The translations under genes were made by a program, and so were the position numbers. Positions 16,310-25,134 of a stretch of 36,798 nt of DNA are shown here, piece by piece; within the stretch, counting starts at the first letter, position 1, and each line of letters opens with the position of its first letter. This DNA is from Candidatus Iainarchaeum sp. (GTDB lineage Archaea > B1Sed10-29 > WALL01 > JAGHAM01), in the NCBI GenBank assembly GCA_021161465.1, contig JAGHAM010000007.1:1-36798 (forward strand), given 5' to 3'. The notes under the pieces were generated by a model. The model was not told the origin of the DNA. It ran no database searches and saw nothing but the letters and a program-made list of their open reading frames with translations.

Positions 16310-18201
16310 GAGATAATTTCACTAACCTGTTTCAGTAGAGTTTCTTTTTTTGGTGAATCCAAAAATACGTTCTTCATCACATCATAGAGTGTGGATGCTG
16401 TGACTATCTTAATCTTTTTCCTCTGCTTCTCCTGGAGAAATACGTCATCCTTGTTTGACCAGGGGATAATGACTTTCTTCATTCCTGCCCCTATGGCTGC
16501 TTCCACTTTTTGCGTCACGCCACCAACTGGTAGCACCTCGCCCCTTATACTTAAGGAGCCAGTCATAGCAACACTTTGGTCTATAGGCAACCGCTCTAAG
16601 GCAGATATCAAAGCTACAGCAACACTTACGGATGCAGAGTCCCCCTCAACTCCCTCATAAGTCTGCAGGAACTGTATGTGCACGTCATATTTTGATATGT
16701 GCTCTCCCTTGTACTTTTTTATTATGGCACCAACGTTCTGGACAGCCTCCTTTGCTATATCTCCAAGCTTACCCGTGGCTATTATCTTCCCCTCACCACG
16801 GGAGTGCGCAGGTGCTATCTCTGCCTCTATTGGCACAACTATGCCACTGTTGCCAATCAACCCCAAACCATTAACCTTTCCTACCTTCTGGCCTTTTATG
16901 GAGAAAACTTCATACGCTTTTTTCTGTGCCAGGTATTTATCCGCAACCTGCTCTTCTATGGTTTTGGCAAGTTTCCTTGCCTTCTCAATGTGCTCAGGTG
17001 TTACTGCCTTGGCCTTTTCGGACACTGCTATGTCCCCTGCAGCGCGCACAAGCCCACCAAGCTCTCTCAGCTTGACCGTCAACTTCTTTTTCCTGCCTGC
17101 TCTCTTCCTTGCCTCAAGTATTATCTCCTCAACAGCCTCCTTGGTGAAATGGGGTATCTTCCCATCCTTCTTTACTTCCTGTGCTACGAACTGGGCAAGC
17201 TTCCTGCGGTTTTCAGCGTTGTCATCCATAACCTCATTCAGGTAAATCTCATAACCGTAGCCGCGTATCCTTGAGCGCAAAGCGGGGTGTATCTTTTTCA
17301 TGTCTGCAAGGTTACCTGCCGCAACAAGGACAAAATCGCATGGGACCAACTGTGTGTGAACCATAGCTCCGCTTGAAAGCTCGCTCTGGCCAGTTATTGA
17401 GTATCTTTTCTCCTGCATCGCCGTTAAAAGCTCTTGCTGGTTTTTAGGGGAAAGTGTTGCAATCTCATCGATGAACAGGACACCCTTGTGGGCTTTGTGT
17501 ATCATTCCTGGCTCTACCCTCAAGTGTGCTGGTGTTCCAAGACCACCACTTTGCAGAGGGTCATGCCTGACATCGCCAAGAAGTGCACCTGCCCTGGCAC
17601 CAGTCGCATCAACGAATGGGGCAGTTCCCTTGTTGCTATTGTCAACAAGCAACTTTGGTATGTTACCAGAATCCTTCTGTCTTATCTGCATACCGAGCAC
17701 AACACCAATACCAAGCATTCCCGCAACTACTAGAGAAGCGGCAGCCATTATTGGCTCAAGCCAACCAAAGTAGTATAAAATCCATGGTATCATGAGGATT
17801 ACCATGAAGATTAACAGAGAAGCCATCTGCCTGTTGAAGCCGCTTGATAGACTGGTCATCGTAGTCTTCTCAACTATCTTCTTACCCTCACCTGCTGGAA
17901 CTGTTTTGATAACTGGCGTATTCTGGTCTGTTGGATTAGGGTAAACAAGAATATCCTCTAGTTGTTCCACGGGCAACAGCTCGGCCATGGCCATTCCAAG
18001 CATTGACTTGCCTGTCCCAGGGTCACCAAGCAGGAAAACGTTCCTCCTCTGAAGGGCAGCCTTCTTAACAAGTTCCACCCCCCTTTCCTGGCCTATGACT
18101 TGGTCTACCAACTTCTGTGGAACTGCTATCTCCTCTGTTGTCTTAAAACTCATATCGAGGAGTGTTTTGTTTTTTTTCTTTGCGACTGCCATAAAAATCA
18201 T
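16306..18201 (-). CDS. lonB: Archaeal membrane-bound ATP-dependent Lon protease (LonB)
   Basis: Walker A LLGDPGTGKSML and an AAA+ module interrupted by two TM helices (LLIFMVILMIPWILYYFGWLEPIMAAASLVVAGMLGIGVVL). The C-terminal protease domain has the catalytic Ser in VEGDSASVSVAVALISAL. Confidence 0.9.
   Translation of the reverse strand: MIFMAVAKKKNKTLLDMSFKTTEEIAVPQKLVDQVIGQERGVELVKKAALQRRNVFLLGDPGTGKSMLGMAMAELLPVEQLEDILVYPNPTDQNTPVIKTVPAGEGKKIVEKTTMTSLSSGFNRQMASLLIFMVILMIPWILYYFGWLEPIMAAASLVVAGMLGIGVVLGMQIRQKDSGNIPKLLVDNSNKGTAPFVDATGARAGALLGDVRHDPLQSGGLGTPAHLRVEPGMIHKAHKGVLFIDEIATLSPKNQQELLTAMQEKRYSITGQSELSSGAMVHTQLVPCDFVLVAAGNLADMKKIHPALRSRIRGYGYEIYLNEVMDDNAENRRKLAQFVAQEVKKDGKIPHFTKEAVEEIILEARKRAGRKKKLTVKLRELGGLVRAAGDIAVSEKAKAVTPEHIEKARKLAKTIEEQVADKYLAQKKAYEVFSIKGQKVGKVNGLGLIGNSGIVVPIEAEIAPAHSRGEGKIIATGKLGDIAKEAVQNVGAIIKKYKGEHISKYDVHIQFLQTYEGVEGDSASVSVAVALISALERLPIDQSVAMTGSLSIRGEVLPVGGVTQKVEAAIGAGMKKVIIPWSNKDDVFLQEKQRKKIKIVTASTLYDVMKNVFLDSPKKETLLKQVSEIIS
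18191..18198 (+). promoter_or_regulatory. TATA-like box (ATAAAAAT) for the trm11 gene. It lies inside the first codons of lonB on the other strand.
   Basis: It lies 25-32 nt upstream of the ATG at 18223. The lonB and trm11 start codons are only 21 nt apart. Confidence 0.35.
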
Positions 18202-18222
18202 TTAAAGGCTTTTTCACATAAG

Positions 18223-19158
18223 ATGTGTATGAAGATGTTTTTATTCTTTAAGCGCGAGCACCAGAAGCTTGCCATGGCGGAAGCAAAAAGCCTAGCCAAC
18301 AAGGTTCTGAAGGAAGCAGATAGCTTCGCGATAGCTGACTTCAAAGACCAATCGTTCAATAGGCTTGTTTTAACAAGGTACGCCTGTGAGGTTCTTGCTA
18401 CAGTTTCACGCCTTGATGATTTATGTCCACTGAAGTTTAAATCTTTTGCCGTGAGGTGCAGTAGGATAGGGGACACTAACCTTTCATGTGGTGAGGTTGA
18501 AAACCAGGTTGGCGCACGAATAGAAGGGAAGGTGGATTTGGAAAATCCCAATGTATTGGTAAGGGTCTTTACAGATGGCAAGACATATTACGTTACAAAA
18601 CAGTTGTTTGAATACTCGGAGAAGGAATTAAATTTCAGGAGGGTTAATGCAAGACCTTTCTTTCACCCAACATCACTCCAGCCAAAATGGGCCAGGATGC
18701 TGCTTAACCTGAGTGGAGTTAAGAAGGGGCAAATCCTTGACCCTTTCTGTGGAGCAGGAGGTATATTACTGGAAGCAGGCATCCTTGGCTTGAAGGCAAC
18801 CGGAATCGAAAAAGATGAAGCGACCGTTGAGGGAGCTAATGAAAACCTTTGGTTCTTCAAAGTCGACAATAGATGTAAGGTGATAAACAAGGACTTTCTG
18901 GAGTGGAACGACGGAAAATTCGATGCCATCGTCACTGATTTACCGTATGGCAAGTCTTCTTTACTCTTTGGGAGGAAACTAGATGAACTTTACGAGAAAT
19001 CATTCAGGAAGATGCACGAGCATTCAGATAAAGCTGTAATAATGGGACCAAGAGATTTATCAGCGCTGCTTAAGGCTACTGGATGGAGAGTTGAAGGTGT
19101 CTTCAGCTTTTATGTTCATAGGACTCTCCAGAGATGGGTCCACATCTGCAGTTCATAA
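18223..19158 (+). CDS. trm11: THUMP-domain tRNA (guanine-N2)-methyltransferase (Trm11/Trm-G10 family)
   Basis: N-terminal THUMP-like region. The SAM-binding motif is ILDPFCGAGGILLEAG and the amino-methyltransferase motif IV is VTDLPYG. The N-terminus resembles archaeal Trm-G10. The ORF-track start at 18100 overlaps lonB and is rejected. ATGs at 18223, 18229 and 18235 are all possible. Confidence 0.7.
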   Translation: MCMKMFLFFKREHQKLAMAEAKSLANKVLKEADSFAIADFKDQSFNRLVLTRYACEVLATVSRLDDLCPLKFKSFAVRCSRIGDTNLSCGEVENQVGARIEGKVDLENPNVLVRVFTDGKTYYVTKQLFEYSEKELNFRRVNARPFFHPTSLQPKWARMLLNLSGVKKGQILDPFCGAGGILLEAGILGLKATGIEKDEATVEGANENLWFFKVDNRCKVINKDFLEWNDGKFDAIVTDLPYGKSSLLFGRKLDELYEKSFRKMHEHSDKAVIMGPRDLSALLKATGWRVEGVFSFYVHRTLQRWVHICSS

Positions 19159-19165
19159 ATAGCAG

Positions 19166-20341
19166 CTACTTTATAGATATTTTCCTCACAACTACCAGAG
19201 ACAACAGGAAAATGACAGCTATGGCAAGGAATGGTGCCTTAAGGCTGGTCAACACATCCTGCGCTGGAACAAGAACCATAAATGCGGATATCAGCGCGCC
19301 GAGAGCAACACCAAGTGCACCACTGAAGGTAGTCACTGCTAGGGCAAGAGCCTGGTTTCTCTTAAATAAATCCCCTATCCCTGCAACTATTGGAACGTTA
19401 ACAAGCCAGAGGAATGGCCCATAAAGCATCACCCCAAATGCAAGCATCCAAACATTTGTACTGGCAAATATTATCAGTGCAGAGGCACTACCTGCTAGGA
19501 GTATTGCGTATAGTATAACCTTTCTGCCTTTTACATCACTTATCTTACCAGAAAGCGCAGTGGAGAATATCCCAAGGAAATAAAGCAAAGCTACAACAAG
19601 GCCAACCTCAAGGCCTTTCCCAGATTGACCAAGGACGGAAGGTAGGCTTTTGACTATTAGTGGAATCATTGGTATGGTCACACCAGCAAATGATGAACAT
19701 ATGAGGCTAACCAAACTAAGGCCAAGCAAATCCTTGTTTCTTAGGAAACTCAGCTGTCTTCCCAGTGAAACAACCGCGCCTTTCGTGTCATCTGGTATTG
19801 AAAGTGCCACAACAGATGCAGCAATAAGGATAATACCGCCAAGAAGAAACAACATGGCAAATGCAGTATTAGCCGGATAAACAAATAGGATTAAACCACC
19901 AATAACCGCGGCTATTGAACCGCCCAGCAATGAGCCTGCCTGTGCAAATCCTGTTGCCTCTCCGCGCATCTTGAAACCCTTCGCCAGGAAAGAGTTTACA
20001 CCAAGCCAGAATAAGCTTCCGCCGAAGCCAACAAGGGTGGCAACAAGCAGTAAGAGCACAAAGCTCCTTGAGAACACCAGCACAAACAAAAACGGTGAGT
20101 AAAGCAATGCTCCAAGGGCTGCACTTTTCCTGCAGCCATACCTCTCAACAATTCTCCCTGAGAAGAGATTTGAGAAGGCAAACACCAGATATAAAACAAA
20201 AATTACCATTGACGCCTTGAACGCCATCTCTGTTGGGTTGCTGGTGCCGTATGAAAGCGCGAAGGAAAGGAATTTTTCACCGAAATTCCACCCAAGCATA
20301 GTTGTAAAGGTAGTTAAAACAACAGCTTTTAGTGGTTTCAT
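19166..20341 (-). CDS. Major facilitator superfamily transporter
   Basis: 391 aa with about 12 TM helices in a 6+6 arrangement and a central loop. Its start overlaps the tldE stop in an ATGA. Confidence 0.7.
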   Translation of the reverse strand: MKPLKAVVLTTFTTMLGWNFGEKFLSFALSYGTSNPTEMAFKASMVIFVLYLVFAFSNLFSGRIVERYGCRKSAALGALLYSPFLFVLVFSRSFVLLLLVATLVGFGGSLFWLGVNSFLAKGFKMRGEATGFAQAGSLLGGSIAAVIGGLILFVYPANTAFAMLFLLGGIILIAASVVALSIPDDTKGAVVSLGRQLSFLRNKDLLGLSLVSLICSSFAGVTIPMIPLIVKSLPSVLGQSGKGLEVGLVVALLYFLGIFSTALSGKISDVKGRKVILYAILLAGSASALIIFASTNVWMLAFGVMLYGPFLWLVNVPIVAGIGDLFKRNQALALAVTTFSGALGVALGALISAFMVLVPAQDVLTSLKAPFLAIAVIFLLSLVVVRKISIK

Positions 20342-21573
20342 TTGCTTATCACCTTCCCATAGAAGCGAATTTTTGGGGAGAAAAAAGAGCCCTTATGCTC
20401 AATATCCTTGTCAAACTCACTGTTCTTGAGTATGTCAAAGAAGTTCCCAACCAGCATACACCCCTTAACTGGCTTCTCTAGTTCCCCATCTCTAACGAAG
20501 AAGCCCTGAGTCACATCAAGTGAAAAATCACCTGTAACTGGGTTCATGTTATGAAAACCCATCAAGTCCTTGACAAAAAACCCTCGCTGCACATCCATAG
20601 TGTCCACCACTTCACTAGGAGAAACAACGATATTCGTGGCTCCTGTGGATGGTAACGCAGCAAATGATGAACGAAAACCATTTCCCGTCGGCTGTGTATT
20701 GCTAAGGTTGGCTGTGCGGGTATCATAAAGGAACTGCTTCACAGTGCCATCCTCAACGAGCTTTTTCTTCTTGGTAGGAATGCCCTCATCATCAAAGCCG
20801 GTACTATCTGCAGCCCACGGTATAAGCGGGTCATCGATGATTGTTAGATTAGGTGACATAGGTTTATCACCCAACTGCCACAGCGCCTTTCCAAGACGAA
20901 CATTCTCTCCGTTGAAGTTCCGCAGCACGCATGAGTCAAAGAAGCTCGAGATGGTTTCAATAGAAAGTATAATCGGACCACTGAAGTCAGCTGGCTTGCC
21001 ACCTGCTGACGCTTTCGCCCATCTCCCAGCACTCTCGCCAACAGCTAGAACATCCTCAAACTTCCTCGTTGAAAGGTAATCATAGCCAACAGCATCTCCC
21101 TTCTTGGCTGACGAGAATACAGACAGAAATGTTCCCTTATCCTCAAAATCAATCCCATTTGAGTTCCAGATGTGTACCTTAGCCGAAGAAACTGAAACTT
21201 CCCCTTTTGAAGGCTCAGCCTCGCTGGAAGATGCATTTATCAAGCCTAACAGCATATCCACAACTCCAGTTTCATCTATTTTTGCAAGCTTGCTATCAAA
21301 TCGCTTAACGCTAGGGATAGGTCTTGGTTCTGGTAAGGAATAGTTGTCTTTGGATGAGAGTTCAGCGCTCTTTAAAGCCCTTACTATTGCGTTGTCCTTT
21401 TCTCTCTCCTCTGTGAAAAATGAAAAACCTATGGCACCATCCTTGATAACCCGCACTCCTGTACCATTCATGTCAATGGACTTGCAGACTTCTACCCTAT
21501 CGCGGCTATGCCTTGCAGTCATGGAATGGGCAGATATCTCATAAAATTCTAACTCATAAGGCAAGCTAGTCAT
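20338..21573 (-). CDS. tldE: TldE/PmbA-family metalloprotease partner subunit
   Basis: TldD/PmbA-superfamily fold patterns (PTGNGFRSS and NPVTGDFSLDVTQGFFV) without an HExxxH motif. It overlaps tldD by 4 nt. Confidence 0.7.
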   Translation of the reverse strand: MTSLPYELEFYEISAHSMTARHSRDRVEVCKSIDMNGTGVRVIKDGAIGFSFFTEEREKDNAIVRALKSAELSSKDNYSLPEPRPIPSVKRFDSKLAKIDETGVVDMLLGLINASSSEAEPSKGEVSVSSAKVHIWNSNGIDFEDKGTFLSVFSSAKKGDAVGYDYLSTRKFEDVLAVGESAGRWAKASAGGKPADFSGPIILSIETISSFFDSCVLRNFNGENVRLGKALWQLGDKPMSPNLTIIDDPLIPWAADSTGFDDEGIPTKKKKLVEDGTVKQFLYDTRTANLSNTQPTGNGFRSSFAALPSTGATNIVVSPSEVVDTMDVQRGFFVKDLMGFHNMNPVTGDFSLDVTQGFFVRDGELEKPVKGCMLVGNFFDILKNSEFDKDIEHKGSFFSPKIRFYGKVISK

Positions 21574-22922
21574 GCAACCAGCACCTCCCTGATCCGCATA
21601 TATGGTCCACCACTTGAAACTGGGACCATCTGACCGGCTTTACCACAAAAACCGGGGAAGCCAAGTCCAAGGGTTCTCCCCACGGCATCAATCTTTTTCA
21701 ATGTGTCTGTTATATTCCCCAATAAGGTTATATCCCTCAATGGCTCCGTCAACTTACCGTTTTTGATTATGTTTCCATGCGGCGCGGCAAACTGGAAGAC
21801 ACCGGTATCCGTATCACTAACTCCCCCTTTAAAGCCTCTCACGAACACGCCTTCCTGTATGCCTTCCAGCATCTCCTCAAAAGAGCTATCTCCAGGCTCT
21901 ATGAAAGTATTGCTCATCCTAACCAGTGGGAATTCCATGGGCCCCGAACTTCGTGCGTTTCCTGTCGGTTTTTGCTTCATCTTGTATGCTGTTTCTCTTG
22001 AATGCAGGAAGGACTTAACTCTTCCATTTTCAATCAAGCGTGTTTTAGCACCCATAGTTCCCTCGGAATCAAAGGGGAAAGAACCAAAGAGCCCTGGGAT
22101 TGTTGGGTCATCGGTTATTGAAATGAGACTTGAGCCAACCCTCTGACCCAGGCGAGTTATGGTTGAATTCCCATTTATCACTGTGTCAGCTTCCAATGCA
22201 TGCCCTATGGCTTCATGTGCCAGCGTGCCAGCCATCTTAGGGTCTACAATAACAGTTTGCTTCCCCTTTGGTGGGAGCTCAGCCCTGAGCAAAAGCCTGA
22301 CATCATCACAGGTCTTCTTCACTATCTTCTCAGCGCCGTCCAACAGCTCAAAGCCAGCATGCCTTGCTATCTCGCTGGAATCCCTCTGGAGCGTCCCACC
22401 CTTGGCAAACGCTGAGAAAGCAAAGAATGACACTATAGAGTCATGGGACAGTCTGGAGCCCTCTGAATTGGCATAATACGCTTCCGAAATAGAATCCATA
22501 AAAGATACGTTAGTAGCATGAATTTTTTCTCCCTCAAGCCCAAGCTTTGACAGCTCCAGGCACCTCTTTGCTTTTTCCTCCAAACCATAGTCAGCAGGAT
22601 TTTTCTTGACCTTCATTTTTATATCCTTCACAGTAGCGGGTACATCGGCCAGGTGTGCGTCAATACCACTCCGGGATGACGCACGGGCCATCTTCTCAGC
22701 ACGGCTTACAGCATCGCCCAGGCTTTCCAAACTATTGGTTGCTGCCATACCCCACGAACCCTTAATTAATACCCTCACACCTGCCTCAACCAGCAACCCA
22801 GAATCAGTTGCCTCAATCTCATCATTCCTTGTGGATACCCTTGTGCTCCAGGACCGGATGGCATTAACCTCAATAAAATCCGCCTTTGACTTCTGGATTG
22901 CACGCTCAACCAAATCAAACAT
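21570..22922 (-). CDS. tldD: TldD metalloprotease
   Basis: HExxxH zinc motif in GTLAHEAIGHALEAD and a GxC-type downstream motif (GFPGFCGKAGQ). 450 aa. Confidence 0.8.
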   Translation of the reverse strand: MFDLVERAIQKSKADFIEVNAIRSWSTRVSTRNDEIEATDSGLLVEAGVRVLIKGSWGMAATNSLESLGDAVSRAEKMARASSRSGIDAHLADVPATVKDIKMKVKKNPADYGLEEKAKRCLELSKLGLEGEKIHATNVSFMDSISEAYYANSEGSRLSHDSIVSFFAFSAFAKGGTLQRDSSEIARHAGFELLDGAEKIVKKTCDDVRLLLRAELPPKGKQTVIVDPKMAGTLAHEAIGHALEADTVINGNSTITRLGQRVGSSLISITDDPTIPGLFGSFPFDSEGTMGAKTRLIENGRVKSFLHSRETAYKMKQKPTGNARSSGPMEFPLVRMSNTFIEPGDSSFEEMLEGIQEGVFVRGFKGGVSDTDTGVFQFAAPHGNIIKNGKLTEPLRDITLLGNITDTLKKIDAVGRTLGLGFPGFCGKAGQMVPVSSGGPYMRIREVLVA

Positions 22923-22999
22923 GAGGGGATATTACACGACTGGATTTAAAAGCATTTTCAATAACTCTTAAAAGCAACCAAACCAAAAGATAGGGTATT

Positions 23000-23899
23000 A
23001 TGAAAGGCGAAGTTGTTTTTCTTGGAACCAGCGCGGCAGTCCCAACCAAAGACAGGAACCATACAGTCATATTCTTCAGGTATGAAAGAGACAGGTTTCT
23101 CTTTGACTGTGGTGAGGGTGCCCAACGCCAGATGCAAAAAGCCAAGAAAAGTATAATGAAAATAAGCCACATATTCCTGTCTCATCTACACGGTGACCAC
23201 GTGCTTGGGCTGCCTGGCATAATACAGACCATAGACTTTATGGGCAGGGAAGAGCCTCTCTTTATCCATGGGCCAAAGGGTACCAAAGAGTTTGTGGACT
23301 TGATATACAGCATCCCGGGGTGCGATGCCAAATTTGATATTGTAGCCAAGGAAGCAAAGGGCGTAATCCTCAATACGGATGAGTATTATGTTGAGTCCTT
23401 CCCACTAGAGCATTCGGTACCGTGTGTTGGATATGTATTCCAGGAAAAGCCAAGGAAACATATAGATGATGAAAAGCTGAAAGCCATGGGCATCAAACCT
23501 GGCCCTGAATACAAAAGCTTGAAGGATGGCAAGTCAGTGAAGTTCAAAGGTAAGGTCCTGAAGCCAGAAGACTTCATAGTAGAAGAAAAAGGGTTTAAAT
23601 TCGTTTATGTCGCGGACACCAGACCAACACAAACCGTTATTGAGAATGCCTCTGGCGCAGATATACTTGTACATGAGGCAACGTTTACGCACGACGCCCT
23701 TGATATGGCAAAACAAGCAATGCACTCCACTGCCAGGGAAGCCGGCGAAGTCGCAAGAGAGGCAAACGCCAAGCAACTCGTGCTAATCCATTACTCACCA
23801 AGGTATAAAGATGACGAACTCGACAAGCTTAGAGTAGACGCGCAGAAGAACTTTGATAATGTTCTGGTTGTCAGAGACTTTGATAGCATAGAGTTTTAG
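23000..23899 (+). CDS. rnz: Ribonuclease Z (tRNA 3'-processing endonuclease, metallo-beta-lactamase fold)
   Basis: HxHxDH motif in ISHIFLSHLHGDHVLGLPG and an N-terminus VVFLGTSAAVPTKDRNHTVIFF. 299 aa. A TATA-like element GGATTTAAAAGC lies upstream. Confidence 0.85.
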   Translation: MKGEVVFLGTSAAVPTKDRNHTVIFFRYERDRFLFDCGEGAQRQMQKAKKSIMKISHIFLSHLHGDHVLGLPGIIQTIDFMGREEPLFIHGPKGTKEFVDLIYSIPGCDAKFDIVAKEAKGVILNTDEYYVESFPLEHSVPCVGYVFQEKPRKHIDDEKLKAMGIKPGPEYKSLKDGKSVKFKGKVLKPEDFIVEEKGFKFVYVADTRPTQTVIENASGADILVHEATFTHDALDMAKQAMHSTAREAGEVAREANAKQLVLIHYSPRYKDDELDKLRVDAQKNFDNVLVVRDFDSIEF

Positions 23900-23945
23900 G
23901 AAACATGCAGTGAATTATTTAAACCTAAAGCTCCACTATTAAGTT

Positions 23946-24737
23946 ATGAAAAAGTTCTTGATGTTTGCGATAGTGTTTTTACTCCTTTGCCCAGCTGCCT
24001 TCTCAGCAGGTATCACCCAGCATGACATAAGGATTCTTGTCCATAATGATGGGTCTGCATATGTTGAGGAGGAATACGTGCTGAAGCTGGAACAAAGCGA
24101 AAGGGACGCACTAAACGCCACTATTCACAGTGAATTTTCGCTTAAGGACTTTGAGAATTTTGGAGTAAAGAAGAGCATAAAACTGAAGACCACAGGAGAT
24201 AACGTTGTTCCGTCCATGACAAAATCTGACATTGCATTCATCACTCTCCAGTACACTGTGCCAGAAATAGCTGAGCATATAGGAGATAGGGGCAAAAAAG
24301 AGATTTTAGCAATAACAGAGGAGGCATTTATATTCTACGACGGCAAGACTATATCACTGCCCTATGACCCCCCAACAGACTTAAAGATACTCCTTCCCAT
24401 GAGCCTCCAAGCCTCAGGGGAAGTGACACCACCGCCTTACTCTGTCACGATAGTGGAAACCAATGGTGACAAATATAGAGAGTACGAGTGGAACCACAAA
24501 AGGCCCTTCCAGGCTGACAAATTCAGAGTTACCTTTGAAAGGGATGTAACACTTACCAGCAGACTGAGCATTGATGTATTAGTCCAAGAGCTTGAGGATA
24601 CATTTATCGCCAACCCTGTTTATCTAGCTGCCGCCATCATAATTGTTGTCATTCTAATTTGGTATAGAAAGGATATAGTCAGATTACTATCAGAGGCGTT
24701 TGCTGGCGAATCGGTGCCTGAGGAAGATGAAGACTGA
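23946..24737 (+). CDS. Secreted/surface-anchored hypothetical protein with a Sec signal peptide, a C-terminal TM anchor and an acidic tail
   Basis: N-terminus MKKFLMFAIVFLLLCPAAFSAG. C-terminal TM helix VYLAAAIIIVVILIWY followed by ...SVPEEDED. Confidence 0.55.
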   Translation: MKKFLMFAIVFLLLCPAAFSAGITQHDIRILVHNDGSAYVEEEYVLKLEQSERDALNATIHSEFSLKDFENFGVKKSIKLKTTGDNVVPSMTKSDIAFITLQYTVPEIAEHIGDRGKKEILAITEEAFIFYDGKTISLPYDPPTDLKILLPMSLQASGEVTPPPYSVTIVETNGDKYREYEWNHKRPFQADKFRVTFERDVTLTSRLSIDVLVQELEDTFIANPVYLAAAIIIVVILIWYRKDIVRLLSEAFAGESVPEEDED

Positions 24738-24739
24738 TT

Positions 24740-25105
24740 TTAAGGCTCCCTAAAAAGTACACCACTGGATTTTATCCCAAGCTTTTCTGCAACCTTAATC
24801 ATGCTGAAATCATCGGTCCATAACTCCTCCCCTAAATCAAGTGCGAGGGCAATAACTTTTATGTCGGTTTCACTAAGATTAGTCTTCCCTGAAAGTTTCC
24901 TGGTTTTCTCAACAGAACCTTCAGACGGCATCAAAACTTTTATTTTCCCAGAGTTTATGCCAGCCTCAAGGATGGCCCTCGCCCTAAAATCCTTCAACTC
25001 ATCAGTGACTTCATGTACTGTATAATACTGCTCATCACCGAATTTGAAAGGGAAGGCATTTAGTATCGCAGAAGCGTCCAGCACTGGCATAATTTTATTA
25101 ATCAT
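24740..25105 (-). CDS. Stand-alone PIN-domain protein, Nob1-like and lacking a zinc ribbon
   Basis: The N-terminal acidic residue is in a PIN context (MPVLDASAIL). The central and C-terminal acidic residues are in SETDIKVIALALDLGEELWTDDFSMIKVAEKLGI. This resembles the Nob1 PIN core, but there are no Cys residues for a Zn ribbon. Confidence 0.5.
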   Translation of the reverse strand: MINKIMPVLDASAILNAFPFKFGDEQYYTVHEVTDELKDFRARAILEAGINSGKIKVLMPSEGSVEKTRKLSGKTNLSETDIKVIALALDLGEELWTDDFSMIKVAEKLGIKSSGVLFREP

Positions 25106-25134
25106 TGCAGGTTTAAATAAGCTGAGTGGAAGAG

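Noticed and set aside
16391-17795. A series of plus-strand ORFs of 70-191 aa antisense to lonB
   Set aside because: All lie within the lonB coding region on the opposite strand. Such ORFs are typical in coding sequence. No SD or TATA context, no motifs.
18100-18222. Upstream extension of the trm11 ORF to 18100
   Set aside because: It would overlap lonB by about 100 nt on the opposite strand. The extension is Cys/Leu-rich and unlike THUMP N-termini. An ATAAAAAT box is positioned for a start at 18223.
25126-25134. GTG-initiated start for pheS
   Set aside because: The ATG at 25135 is preceded by a TATA-like GTTTAAATAAGC at about -22 and gives a canonical N-terminus. The GTG adds only 3 residues.
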